A stretch of 64,000 bases of DNA, taken from NCBI GenBank assembly GCA_951406725.2, contig OX597820.1, positions 88,474,001-88,538,000 of the forward strand, written 5' to 3'. The number at the start of each line of letters is the position of its first letter. Position 1 is the stretch's first letter. The notes under the pieces are model-generated. The model made no database searches, was not told where the DNA came from, and was given only the letters and a program-made list of their open reading frames with translations. Source of the stretch: Octopus vulgaris. Lineage: Eukaryota. Position numbers and translations under genes: made by a program. Below are positions 28,450-42,149 of this stretch, one piece after another.

Positions 28450-29654
28450 ATGTTGACGATTCTGCCAGCTCGCTGCCTTAAACAAAGCAAATATTGATTT
28501 CAAATTTTGGTACAAGGCCAGCAATTTCGGGAGAGGGGGTAAATCGACCCCAGTGCTCAACTGATATTTATTTTATCGATCACAAAAGGATGAAAATAAT
28601 AGCAAAGTTAATCTCGACGACGTAAAGCCGGATGAAATGTCACTAAGCATTGTGTCCAAAGTGTTAACGATTCTACCAGCTCGCAGTCTTAACTGCTGAC
28701 ATAATGAGAGGAACCATCAACATGATTTGCGTGTGTTTATTATGTGTGTATTTGTGTGCATATGTGTGTGTGTACGGTAGAGGTCTCCGTGAGTGTAAAG
28801 TGTTCAGTGATTAATGATATTGCGGCGACAACTCAATCAAAGAAACCTATCCTTAATCAGAGCTAGTCGACATAAATACTGCTTTTTGCTTGTTTGTTTT
28901 TTGAGTAGGCTTGACGATTTAAGGTGACATCTTAAGGGAAGCAAGTTGCTGTGACGTAGGTGCTTATCCGGAGATAATTAGGAATCTAAATGACTCAAGT
29001 TAGACGCAACGAAAGATTGAGCCAGCAACCGCATTCTCGGTTAACCATCGCAGTTAACTCTATGATATAAAGAGAAATCGACCACATTATAAACGAGACA
29101 GCAAAACGTTGGGAAGAAAAAGGGAGGGTCGTGGGGAAGATGAACTTAATTTAATCGACACCGATAATTACAGGTACTTATTTTATCAATGCGGCAAAGT
29201 CAACTTTGGTAGACTTTGAACTACAAAGTGTAAAGGAATGTTGAAACAGTTATTATTGTATTTTCAATGAGTCACCATTAACCAATAATGATAAACACTG
29301 ATTGATTCTTGTTATGATTCAGGTCTTTGTTTTTTTCAACTCTTTGATTGTCTGGCGATTTGGTTGTGAATATCAAAGTCTCTTGCCACACTTCTATGAC
29401 GTATCCTTTGAGTTCGCTTGTTACGATCAAAGAAATAAATAATAATAATAATGGTTTAAAATTTTGCAGCCATTTTGGGGAAGGTATGAGTCAATTACAT
29501 CGACCCTCAGTGTTCAACTAGTACTTGTTTTTTCGACCTCGAAATGATGAAAGCAAAGTCGACCTCGGTGGAATTTGAACTCAGAGCGTTAAGATAGACT
29601 AAATGTCGCCAAGCATTTTGCCCGTCGTGCTAACGATTCTGCCAGCTCATCGAC

Positions 29655-29725
<71 letters not shown>

Positions 29726-29727
<2 letters not shown>

Positions 29728-31415
29728 TCCTTTCTTTATTGGCCACAAGGACTGAACAGAAAAAAACATATAAGGATAATACAAAACAAGGGACAAGTGG
29801 GGTTTAAAACAGAAAACGTATAAACAATCAAACAAAAACAAAATCAGTTAACGAAAAATTTAACAACAAAATTCTCCAACAGGGGGAGTTCCACCCAAGA
29901 CCGACCAGGGCACCCCACACATCCTGGTCACCCTGACTTCCAAGGGCACGCCTGGTAGATACCCCTCTTCCCATCAACTGCTCCGGCTTACAGACGAATA
30001 TTCAGAAAAGGCCAGATCACACGCGCCTTTTTCGCAACATTCACTCACCTCTCAACAAAATTACTGGGGCGAGTGAGCCTGTAATTCCCTCTCTACCATC
30101 ACTTTCGTTTTCAAGTGGAACTTGAAAAAGTCGATGAGAGCTCGGCCGAAGAGGAAAGTGTCTGTCTTCAGTCCTTTCAGCCTCGTCCACCACATTACCT
30201 CTTTCGCTATAGCCACCAGGCGGAAGAAAATTGCCTTTCCCACCCGGCCAAAAGAATGCGACGGGATGATCCTCACAGTGGACTCGGCTGGTAACTGGAT
30301 CCGTCCTACACGTGACAACAGCTATTCGACAAAGCTCCACAGGTCAGTAATGCACGGACATTGGACGGATGGATGCAGGATGGTTCCATCGTCCTGCGCA
30401 CACCATGGACAGGTCCGTCTGACAGCATTTCCGTGCCTGTAGAGCTTGTGTCGAACCGAGAGAGCTCCTCGGTGGCACTGCCAGGTCAGGTATTTCTGGA
30501 AGTTATCCAAAATTCCTCCGGAAAAGACCAGTTAGTCGATCCCTCCCGACATCCAGTGTTTCCCGTACTACGTCGTCGCTCTTTCTCTCCACTAATTCCC
30601 TATAGAACTCCATGGTGGAACTTCCACCGACCACGTTGCCCGTCTGACAGAAAGCTGTGAGCGCTTGCCGACACCCCAGGTACCAAGCGCCTTTTTGTAG
30701 TCTACACTTGACCCAGGACTGTAGCACCGTCAGTGTGACGAGCTGTGGAAAGACCCGTTTGACGAACGGCGACCACACCTACCCCCCATTAAGGAAACGC
30801 TGGAGAAGTCACAGCCTCAGCGCATGTCTGCGCATCGTTAGACATGGCATGTTCAGTCCTCCATTCAGCGACTGTTGGACCGTCTGACGAGCAGAACACG
30901 TCCCTTCTATAGGAAGTGGAAGAGCTAGCGCTCCAACTTTATTAGGCACGAAGTGGGGCAAGGGACGACGGTCAGGCGGTAGTAGATGACGGAAGTGGTG
31001 TACGCATTCGTAACCTCTGCCGGACACTTCAGGGACAGCTTTCCCTCTGCCCATTTCGGGGTAAGATTGGTTACCTTGTTCATCACCTCCCCTGAGTTCT
31101 TGTCCACCTGCAGTTCTGGATCAAACCAGACGCCGAGTTATTTAACCGGTCCTTCCGTCCAGCGCCCTACAACGCTGTCCGTTGGCATGAACCTGCCTTT
31201 CCAGGTGCTGAGCAGCAGGCCCACCGACTTCTCCTGGTTGACCTTTGCTCCAGTAAGCGCTTCGTACTCCCTTAGAGCAGTGCCGATCACCTCGATTTTC
31301 GAGATGTCTGATGGTGACGTCGTCAATGTAAGCCGACACGAAACTACCACATTCTAGATCGCGCAGGATTCTGCTTGAAATATCCAGCTTCCGCTGCAAT
31401 GGCTAGAGAGCCAGA
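29726..31415 (-). mobile_element. Tx1/L1-clade LINE 3' half (RT, zinc finger, 3' UTR), decayed
   Basis: VSAYIDDVT, TGAKVNQEKS, GGLNMP and TCPWCAQDDGTILHPSVQCP motifs; AATAAA followed by (TAT)n. Confidence 0.88.
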
Positions 31416-31956
31416 ACAAAGAAATTAATTAAGCCTCAGTATATCAGTTTTGTTGCTGCTGATGCCAGTCCATTGTCAGATGTAATCAAGAAGGCATATA
31501 ACAGAAGATATTCCAGTCGTGACTATCACACTTTTTGCATTTCTGGAGTGCTGAATGCTCAGGTGGAAATAGCTGGAGTGCAAATATTTCTAGTGAATTC
31601 AAGATAATGTCGAAACACTGACGCATCACCACCGCCGCCGCCGCTATCACCATTATTACAATTATTAATACCTGTGACGCTGACACCAAAAGCAACAATT
31701 ACAGAACCACTACAAATACAAGATCGATTTTATGGAATGTTTGGGCCCAAAGCCTTTCCGGGTTAGAGATTTTTTTCTGAACCAGGAGGGATCAACTTTT
31801 TCGACAAGCTCTAAATTAAACAAATATTAAATTTATTTACAGAATTAAATGAAATACGGGTATCAGTACATTAGTATAAACGAGTTAAGCTTATCAATAC
31901 TGTACTGTGCCAAGTACTAGTCTGTGAAATATTAATATTGTACTAAGCAAAGTACT

Positions 31957-32255
31957 TGGTAAAGATACCCCTTCGGTCATGAATGACCATGGGATTGCAC
32001 CTAGAAAGTTACCCTCTGAGGCACAAGTCCGGGGAAAGTTGTTTATGGAAGACCAGCAATTGCCCATGCATACCAGCCTCCTCTCTCTACGCTACTGATG
32101 TTATCCAAGGAGGAAGGCAAAAGCCGATACAGCTTGGCAACGTGAAATAAAATGTCTTGCTCAAGAGCACGACACACAGCCCGATCCGAGAAGCGAACTC
32201 ATTACTTTATGATTGTGAGTCCGACGCTTTAACCACAGAGCCATGCGCCTTCACA
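31957..32255 (-). mobile_element. tRNA-derived SINE, family E
   Basis: GGCGCATGGCTCTGTGGTTAAAG head; homologous to 21466-21795. Confidence 0.8.
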
Positions 32256-32411
32256 CGTAAGGCAAAGTACTAGACTGTGCAAATTACCAGCAGACTAGTT
32301 TGGTAGCCACGGGAATCTGATATTCCTGACCGTAAATTAGTGTGGTTTATAGGAGGTTCCGGTCCTTTGTTGTCTGGAAAGTCGGTGCTGTATCGGTATT
32401 ATAACACAATT

Positions 32412-32650
32412 AAGGCGGCAAGCTGGCAGAAACGTTAGCACGTCGGGCGAAATACTTTGTGGTATTTCGTCCGCCGCTGCGTTCTGAGTTCAAATTCCGC
32501 CGAGGTCGACTTTGCCTTTCATCCTTTCGGGGTCGATAAATTAAGCACCAGTTATGCACTGGGATCGATACAATCGACTTAATCCGTTTGTCTGTCCTTG
32601 TTTGTCCCCTCTGTGTTTAGCCCCTTGTGGGTAGTAAAGAAATAGGTATT
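32412..32650 (+). mobile_element. SINE family B, full length
   Basis: Matches the family B consensus; GGTATTATAACACA flanks both ends (TSD-like). Confidence 0.88.
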
Positions 32651-32980
32651 ATAACACAGAATATATACACATTTTACAATATAATCTACTTAATCATTGT
32701 AGGTTTAGTATGTTTGGAAACACAGTGTATATGTTGCTTATCATAAATGAATGTATTTGTTTCTATTTACGGTGCATTTGGATGAGGGATGAAGATTCAG
32801 ATGCTAGATGTAATCAAGTGGATATTCTTGGGTGAAGATACTTTGAGTGGACATATAGTAGTGGCGATTCTTCAAGTTATGGAGTGACTAGTCTTCAATT
32901 TGATATTCCGGTGATCTAATTTTTCATTTTGCTACATTTATTACCACTTGTTTGTTGATTGCTAGACTTACTTTTATGGC

Positions 32981-33073
<93 letters not shown>

Positions 33074-36000
33074 GAAAGAGAGGGAAGAGAGGGAGAGGGA
33101 GAGAGAGAAAGACAGAAACAGAGAGAGAGACAGACAAAGAGAGAAAACAGACAGAGAGGCACACAGATAGACAGACAGAGGAAGGGAAAATTTATGTACA
33201 TCAGGGGAAACAATCACTTTTATTTTCTTGTTTTTAAGGTGGAAAGGTTTCGTTTTCTCTTGGTGGGAGGAAATATAACCCATGGGATGTAAACGGGGTT
33301 TTATTTAATTTTTTTTTTACATACTGGTAAAAAATTTAAAAATTTTACAAAGTGATACAAAGTCAATTATTCACCCTCGTCACAGAGTAAAAACAAGAAA
33401 AAAATGAAATCGATTCCAGTCAGATTTGAACCTAGAACGTAAATATATTTTCTACCATTCCATCGCCTTTTGTTCTGTAGGAGTATAAAAGAGAACCATT
33501 GTAAGTGAGAGATGTCAACCGTCTCAGTCAAAGCAAGTATTTCGTGGCCATCAACTTGTTTCTCTAATGTACTTAATATGTGTGTAATTGTGTGTATAAT
33601 TAAGTTATTCCCTTCTATTGTTTGAGAGCTGAACAACCCAGAATCGAAATATATATTATAAATGAAACGAGTGATGTGTAAATAAGCCACATTATGAGCA
33701 AATACAATTATCTGAGTCGGAACAAATGTACCGAAAATAATATTTTGAGAAAGTCTATAATAAATCACCATTTCGTCCAAGAAATACCAAAATGTTGGCT
33801 ACAGTGAATCATTCCTTCACTGAATTGTTCCGGAGAATACAAAAGAGAGAGGGAAAGAAAAATAACTAATCTTATTGTATCTTTAAATATGGCCAATGAA
33901 TCAGTATTTTATATTCTATATTCACATTGTTGCTGCTGCTGTTACTATTATTTATTTCTACGTCATTCCAAATTAGTACACGTTCCATCTGTGCTTATCT
34001 TCTGTTTTTCCCAAACATATTTCACCCAAGATCTCATTACCCAATATGTGTGTGTGTGTGTGTTACATTTCTAAGACTGTAGGGTGTGATTTAAAGTAAA
34101 TGCAGCTGCTGCTTCTAGTAGGTCGAGAAACCGAATAGAAACTCCCTCAGGCTGGACAGATGTGAGTGATGGATTTCATAAAGATACCAAATGGGAATAA
34201 TGGGATCGAGATAGTGACTTGTATCTGATAGCCAATGGTAAATCTTGTCCATAGTCAAAACACTTAACTCTCCAGAGCTGCCTACTTCCAACTTGTTCTC
34301 CAAATAATTATTGTTGCTTAACTCCAGATTACCCCCGATTAAGTAGACTTACGATCAAGAGGTTTCCAAACATGATCATTAAGTATTGCGTCATTCAATG
34401 TATCCAACTTTATTCAAGACCGCATAGTTTGATGTAAGGGCGATTAGGCTGCTATTTCTAGTGAGACTGGCAATCAGGTGGAGCTACATTCCTTAGTAGA
34501 TACCACAGATTAGGGATAAACAGCGGTAGCACAATGAAAACGATGGGTGGTGATTAATTCCTTGTGTTGCTGCGCTACTGTGTTCATTTACTGCTGCAGT
34601 GAAATGTCATCTGTGAGAAACTAGCTTCTTATCCGAATGGAGATGTTTTCATTCATTGACTTTACGTAACTACAACTCGAAATAAGCCCCAGCGCTATTT
34701 GCGAAAGCCTACGACTGTGAACTGAAATAAATTTGATCCACTTTACTGATTAAAGACCTTGAAATATGGTAGTGTTGGAGCACCGCTATCACACCATTCT
34801 TATGTTTGAAACATTGTATTAAAATTAGATATGAATAAATACACTTCACAATAAAGATTAAACGTCTTCTTAGCAACTGGTTTGTTTTGGGCCACACAGG
34901 GGTTCAGACCTTTCTGGAAAGAAACTGATTTTGCTATGCACCAAGATGAAAGCTTTACTGTAAAGCCTTTTGGAATTCAACAGCTTATGAAACACACTAA
35001 TATATTCTTTAATAAGAATCAAATTAGATAAACTCAGATTGAATAAGACTGTCGGCACCCATCACTCGAAATATATTCTTCATACTCCGGTAAAGAAAAT
35101 ATAATAGATCTTTTCATATTGTACACTCTCCATCTTCAATTTTTAAAATATTATTATAAAAAAGATGATTACAAAAGTATCTTGAGCGGGACTTGCACTC
35201 AGGATGTAAAGATACGAATCTAAATAATGGCTTCCAATTTTGGTACACGGCCAGGAATTTCGGGGTGAGGCGGAGTAAGTCGATTACATGGATCCCCATT
35301 ACTCAACTGGTACTTACTTCATCGATCCCGAAAGGATGAAAGGCAAAGTTGACCTCAGCGGAATTCGAACTCAAACTAAGAATTTTGTCCGGAGTGCTAA
35401 CGATTCTGTCAGCTAGCCGCCTTACGAAACTAAATAATACTAGATATTTAGATGAATGGTCAACGCGTAGTGACACGGCAGCAAACTTATTGGATTAGTG
35501 GATAAGATTTCTTACTATGGCAAGCAAACATAACCTTTGATGAATTCAGCTGTTGATTTGAGACCAACCCCAATACTCCTTTGATATACCTATTTTATCG
35601 TAAGTATACAGCCAGTTTCGAGTGGAAGATACAATAGATTATATCGTTTACAGTACTTGGCTGATACTGCTTTTATCGCATCCCAAAACATTGGAAAAAT
35701 CGGTGGTGGCAACACTTAAACTCAAAATGTTTGAGACTTAGTACTACTCGGTATTCTGTTTAACGTATTGAATTGAACAAATCACAGATTTTATCACCCG
35801 ACTACACTGCGTAACATTTTTATTTATTCATTTATTTGTCTGTAGTCAGTAAGTGTTATTTCCTATTTGTTTCTATTTAGTAAGTGTTATTTCCTATTTG
35901 CTTCTAATCCCTTCAAATTTTGCTTTTGTGAACCTACATCAATATTTTGAAACTGACTTATTTTCCATTACGTTTCAGACAGATACAACGTTGAATTGTT

Positions 36001-37460
36001 GTAATAGGAATATCATTATAGAAAGTATTCTGCTCTTGTCAGTTGTTTGACCTTAACCACTTGAGCAGGTCCCTTAGTGGCTGACAATATATGCATCTGT
36101 GAGCAAGAGTAGTAGAGGAGCATTATAGCCACGTGTTGAGAGGGATTCTTTGTAGTTTGAATAAATATAACAAAAGCAAAGTTTGAAGGAAATATTAGCT
36201 ATTTTCCATACTTTCTGGGGGGTAAGCAAGAAATAAACAGTTGCTACTCAAAGACAAGAATCGTGTCACACAATGCAATTGCTATTACAAATAGGAATTG
36301 CTTCTAACATATGCGCAAGGCCTGATATTTGAAAGGAGTGACTTAGTCGATACCATTCACCCTAATATTTGACTGGTACTTTATCCTAAAGATTTCGGCG
36401 GAATAAAAGACAAAGTTAACCTCAGCGGGATTACTACTGCTACTACTAATATTAATTTCTAATTTAGGTACAAAGGCAAGTAATTCCGAAATTACTAAAT
36501 TGACCCTATTTCATTTTATTGATCCTGGAAAGGTGAAAAGTAAAGTTCACTGCAACAGGATGAGGAACTCAGACCTTAAAAAACCGAAACAATTGTCTCT
36601 AGGCATTTTGTTCAACCAAAACCAGACTCTCTCTTTCTCTCCTCACTCTCCCCCTTTCTCTCTCTTTCCCGCTCTCTCTGTTCCAATTACTCTTTCAGAA
36701 AACTCTTTCTTAACATTTTATAACTCTTTAGTCGTTGTTCTCCACTCTTACATTCAATCCAATAAAACTCTCTTTTTTTTTCCCCTGTTTATTTAGATTT
36801 TCTCAGTTGCCAAACACTGTCGCCTCACTGAAGAAGGAGGAAGAAGAAAGAGATAGTGAAAGAGAGGGAGACAAAGGGGAGACAGACAGACAAGCAGACA
36901 AAGAAGGGGAGAGATGTAAAGCCAGATATTATACTCATCATCTGTTGCTATTGAACACAAACTAGCAAGTAGCCTTGTCTTTGTTTATTGATCGGATACA
37001 CGCCTCCAGTGAGCTAAATAGCCTGTATTTTGGTATCAAATGCTATGTCACTTTTCTACAGCATCCTCATTCTCTCTTTCTTTTCTCTCTCTTTTTCTGT
37101 CAATCTCTCCCTCAGTCAGTCTATATATTCATATCTATCTTTCACTATCCTCTCATCTCTTTTTCCTTTTTCTTGCCAGCTGCCTTTACTAAGCGTTTCA
37201 CGGATCATTATATCTTACGTCTAACTTCATGCAGATATTTTTTCTTCTTCATATGTCATAACGACTATTTTATATTTTCTAATATATGAAACGGGGGTCT
37301 CTTTACACCTCAGTAAATATTTTTGCATCGTGTCATTCGTAATGATGTATTTTGTGTGTTTGTTGTTTAATCGCTTTTCTTTTTGTCTTCTCTCACTACC
37401 ATTTATTCTTCATCTTGTAAACAAAACAAAATTAACAACAATGAAGAAAATCACTGGGCA

Positions 37461-37552
37461 TTCTTCTTCTTCTTCTTCTTCTTCTTCTTCTTCTTCTTCT
37501 TCTTCTTCTTCTTCTTCTTCATCTTCTTCTTCTTCTTCTTCTTCTTCTTCTT

Positions 37553-37623
<71 letters not shown>

Positions 37624-37643
37624 CATTATTATTATTATTATTA

Positions 37644-37681
<38 letters not shown>

Positions 37682-37715
37682 TATCGTTGTTGTTGTTGTT
37701 GTCGTTATTATTATC
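37461..37715. repeat. Compound trinucleotide microsatellite (TTC)n(TTA)n(TCA)n(TTG)n
   Basis: Directly visible. Confidence 0.95.
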
Positions 37716-38194
37716 TGTATGATTCAAAGTATTTTATCTTGTCCATCGATTGCTCTCATCATTCATGACATATATCGTCAGTTATTCAAATATGGGGGTT
37801 GCTGGAAATCATGTTCTTTTAATCCCCTTTGATGATAGATATAGTCAATATCGACAGTCACTCAAATAAAGCTTCCAGTTCCGATTCTGACCGAACATTT
37901 TCTCCAACACCAATCCCGTCAACATTAAACAATTATGTCTCTTCTCTTCTCTTCAAATGACATTAAAAATATAAGCATTAAAAATATAAATATTGGGCAT
38001 ATATTTTGTAAGAATGGTCGTGAAATAACACCTGAAATATCTAGATCGACGATCTTTTCATCTCTGCTAAACATATTGAAATATTTTCTCGTTAGGACTA
38101 ATTGAAAAGATACAAGAAAGATTGAGATATTCAGCAAAGATTTGGTGAACGTCCTTTTCTGAGTTCAAACGCTACCCAGATCGACTTGAACGTG

Positions 38195-38425
38195 AAGGCG
38201 GCGAGCTGGCAGAAGATTTAGCACGCCGGGCGAAATGCGTAGCCGTATTTCGTCTGCCGTTACGTTCTGAGTTCAAATTCCGCCGAGATCGACTTTGCCT
38301 TTCATCCTTTCGGGGTCGATAAATTAAGTACCAGTTACGCACTGGGGTCGATGTAATCGACTTAATCCGTGTGTCTGTCCTTGTTTGGCCCCTCTATGTT
38401 TAGTCCCTTGTGAGTAATAAATAAA
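38195..38425 (+). mobile_element. SINE family B, full length
   Basis: Matches the family B consensus. Confidence 0.88.
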
Positions 38426-38744
38426 CAGAATGTTTTATTTTTCGGGAGTCGAAGAAATATGTTATGCACTACATTTTATACATGTTTAATGCCAAACCTT
38501 CAGCCAAAAATCGTAACGCATCTTGGATTAATTTCCCAATGTGTCCATTTTTCGGAAAGTAGAGTGCGATGTGAGTTTCGTTTGCTATTTTTGGCAAGAA
38601 CTCTCGTTAGTTCCATTAAGTATTTCAGGTTATTGCTGCTATCTGCGTTATTGTTACCGACACTCAAAGAATTCTTTTCCTTTCTTAGATTGATTAGATA
38701 GTTACCTCTGACACGATTGTATTATGAAATCCTCTCCCAACGTA

Positions 38745-39070
38745 ACCACTATCAAATAAATATCCACATCATCGTGATCTCCATCTCCCACCGCTGCAGT
38801 TAAATTAGTTATCACCATGATGGTCCTTACCTCCCACCATCACCACTGTTAAATTAGCAACCATGTTATGGCGATCACTTCCCATCATCATCATCACCGT
38901 TAAATTTGTTTCCACCGTTACGGTCAATCTCTCACCGCCACCATTTTAATTTAGCTACTACCGCTATGGCTATTATCTTCCACTATTACCACTTCTAAAT
39001 GAACCACCACCGTTATGTGAATTACTTTCTATCATCATCGCTGTAGCCATTTTCAAATGTAATTCTACCG
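38745..39070. repeat. Degenerate ~48-bp minisatellite, about 6 units
   Basis: Recurring TAAATT(A)G..ACC.TTATGG...TCCCACC.TCACC pattern. Confidence 0.6.
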
Positions 39071-39329
39071 TGAAATCAAAAACGCACAATAATTAACAAT
39101 GTGTCTTCACCATAAAGAAAAGAGATATTTAATAATTAAAATTCTGTTCCTCCTCCACCTTACCACTTCCGCTTCTCTCCCCTACTTCTCCATGTTGTTA
39201 TAACAACAATAAAAACAAACATAATTAAATTACGCTAGAGAAACTATCATAACAATTCAAGACATACATTTTATATATTAAAAACCAAACAACAACAATT
39301 TCTAAGCCAAGTTCAAGGTCAGTTATTCT

Positions 39330-39714
39330 TTTCTACTCAAGGCACAAGGCCCGAAGGTTTTTTTTTTTTTTTTGGAGGGGGATGAGTCGATTAGATCAAC
39401 CCCAGTACGCAATTGGTACTTAATTTATCGACCTCGAAAGGATGAAAGGCAAAGTCGACCTCGGCGGAATTTGAACTCAGAACGTAGCGGCAGACGAAAT
39501 ACCTATGTCTTTACTACCCACAAGGGGCTAAACGCAGAGAGGACAAAGACAGACAAACGGATTAAGTTGATTATATCGACCCCAGTGCGTAACTGGTACT
39601 TATTTGATCGACCCCGAAAAGACGAAAGGCAAAGTCGACCTCGGCGGAATTTGAACTCAGAACGTAACGGCAGACGAAATACTGCTACGCATTTCGCCCG
39701 ACGTGCTCGCCGCC
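39330..39714 (-). mobile_element. SINE family B dimer
   Basis: A headed unit plus a head-less unit joined at GACGAAATACC|TATGTCTTTA. Confidence 0.8.
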
Positions 39715-40039
39715 TTTCACGGTCAGTTATTCGGAAGGGAGTACAGTTGATTATCTAAACAGCAGTGCCTGTTTTTATTTTTTTTTATTTTACATCTCAT
39801 TTCACCCGTGAAGGAACGTAGCCTTGTCATTAAAATGTTGAGAGCAAGATCATAAGATTGTGGGTTCGATTCTTTGACTGCAACGAGTTAGAGCCTTGAG
39901 CAAGCCAGTTCATTTCAGGTTGCTGCAGTCAACTCTACTAACTGTAAGTGTACCTAAAGATAGTAGCGGAAGTTGCGTACCTGTTACTAGGTTATAGTTG
40001 TTTTGTATGACGGGCATATATTTTGAAATTATAATTATA

Positions 40040-40420
40040 GGCTCCGGCATGGCTATGTGGTAAAGTTTGCCTCCAAACCACATTGTTCCAGGTTCAGTCT
40101 CACTGCGTGGCACCTAGGGAAAGTGTCTTCTACTATAGCCCCAGATAACCAAAGCCTTGTGAGTGGATTTGATAGACGGAAACGAAAATGACCCCGTTGC
40201 GTGCGCGCGCATTTGTGTTTGTCTTCCTCCACCAGCACCTGATAACCGGTGTTGATGTGTCTACGTCCTCGTAAGTTACCTGTTCGGCATAAAGTCCGGT
40301 AAAATAAGTACCAGGCTTTAAATATTAATACCGGGATCGAGTTGTTCGATTAAAATTCTTTAAGGCGGTGCCCCAGCATGGCCGCAGCCTGATGAATGAA
40401 ACAAGTAAAAGATGAAAGAA
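40040..40420 (+). mobile_element. SINE family A, diverged
   Basis: Collinear with the family A consensus. Confidence 0.75.
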
Positions 40421-40794
40421 TTTATTTTATAAACAGGTAACTACTGGACCGACCAATCACTAGTTCTCTGCATTTCTGACGGTAAATGGTAGAAGGAAAT
40501 GACTGTGCTACTCGGGTGGAATAACTATGACAAGGTATTCCTTTTTATCGGATATATTTCACTTTCCACGGATCTTACACAAACACAACCTCCGCAAAAT
40601 TCAACGTACGCACATACATATATACCTCCCCACATACACACTCATGCATACATACACGTTGTTCCTGCTGGTGATTTCAGAAAAAAAACTCTGTCTAACC
40701 CCCAGAGTGCCATCAGTTAATCAGATCAATACCTGCTTGAAAACCTCTCTTTTGTCTGGCCCACCGCTCAACAACTGAGCCTAACCATCAACAG

Positions 40795-40836
<42 letters not shown>

Positions 40837-40939
40837 CTCATGACAATGCTGTTGTTGAGTCTGTTATTCCACACTTTAAAGTGGAATTCTTGAAAGGGAT
40901 TCCAACGACCAAATCCAATTGCTATTCAGCCATATCATT

Positions 40940-41090
40940 GAAACAGAGAAAGAACCGAATAAACTGAATGCCAGAATCTTTTCTAACATTCACATCAGAC
41001 AATGCAATCTTAAATGGCTTTGCGAACGAGCAATCCAATCGTGAAAAAATGTCGCTGTAACAGAAATCAACAAAAGTCTGCTGAACATAT
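40940..41090 (+). mobile_element. Helitron Pif1-type helicase fragment
   Basis: RIFSNIHIRQCNLKWLCERAI..KNVAVTEINKSLL resembles the Helitron motif VFPNI...WLCERAILAPKN..V..IN. Confidence 0.7.
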
Positions 41091-41828
41091 TGGAGTTTCT
41101 TTCATACATCACTTATTTCATCGCTTTTCTTTCTGTTCCCACAGCAGAGTTCAAATCTAGAACTGCATTTTAGACTTTCGTGTCATTAGGACTTATATGT
41201 ATTCATATAGACTTCACCGGCTTCATGTCGTTTTCGGTTACTTTGGCGCTTACTCCATACCTGTACTTACCCACGAAAACAAAACATTGATCCACGAGGC
41301 CACGTCTCACGCCTTTCTTTAACAGTAAACCTTCGTCTGTGCTTCTTTATGTACTGTGGCACAAACTTCTCGACCGATGTGGAACCCACCACTTTGATCT
41401 TTTTTTTTTCTTCTCGTCTTGTCTTTCGTTTTGAAGATTACGCATATAGCTCCTAGTATCTAACTTGGCCCATAAAAGAGACATTATTCTACACAACGTT
41501 CAAGGCTGCTTGCAATTGCTCTTTTGGCACACTGGAAAACCCCCTGTGACTTTTCAGATGCATACATTTGGTATGTTCATTTTTCTCGCTGTTCGATAAG
41601 AGACTGGACTAAGGATGCACCATTCCTTGTAATATAGCTCCGCCAGGCTTAAATTTTCCCCGACAGATATTTCATATCTAGAGCCCGTCAATTTGAGATA
41701 GCACCACAAAAAGAAGGGTGAGGAAAAAAGTTAGAAATGCTCTTTCTGTCATTCAATTTGAACTGTCCATTCACTTCTTTGCTTGCCGACAGGCGTGTAT
41801 GTAAATTAATTTTACCCTTTATAATTAT

Positions 41829-41877
<49 letters not shown>

Positions 41878-42035
41878 ACTATAGCATATATGCATGTATA
41901 TGTGTATGCATATGTATGTATACATATATTTATATTAATGCTTGTTTTTATGTCATTAAGTCTAAAAGCAATTTAGCATTAAATTGAAAGATTACTCAAT
42001 ACATTTTACCATATTAAATATTTATTAACATTTTC

Positions 42036-42144
42036 GAAGAAAAGTTCCATTGTAACTTGAAGTTTCAGCTTGGTCGCCTTCATCAAACACTTTAATGAAG
42101 GTGAGCAAACCGAAACTTTGAAGTCAGTGTCAACATTTTTCTTC
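42036..42144. ncRNA. Back-to-back inverted pair of degenerate HHR motifs
   Basis: Plus: ACACT-TTAATGA-AGGT(gagcaa)ACC-GAAACTT-TG-AAGTC-AGTGT. Minus: TTGATGA-AGGC(gaccaa)GCT-GAAACTTCAAGTT. Confidence 0.6.
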
Positions 42145-42149
42145 TTAAA

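Noticed and set aside
33367-33780. 137-aa minus-strand ORF
   Set aside because: Non-ATG start, no recognisable domain, and composition typical of a chance AT-rich ORF.
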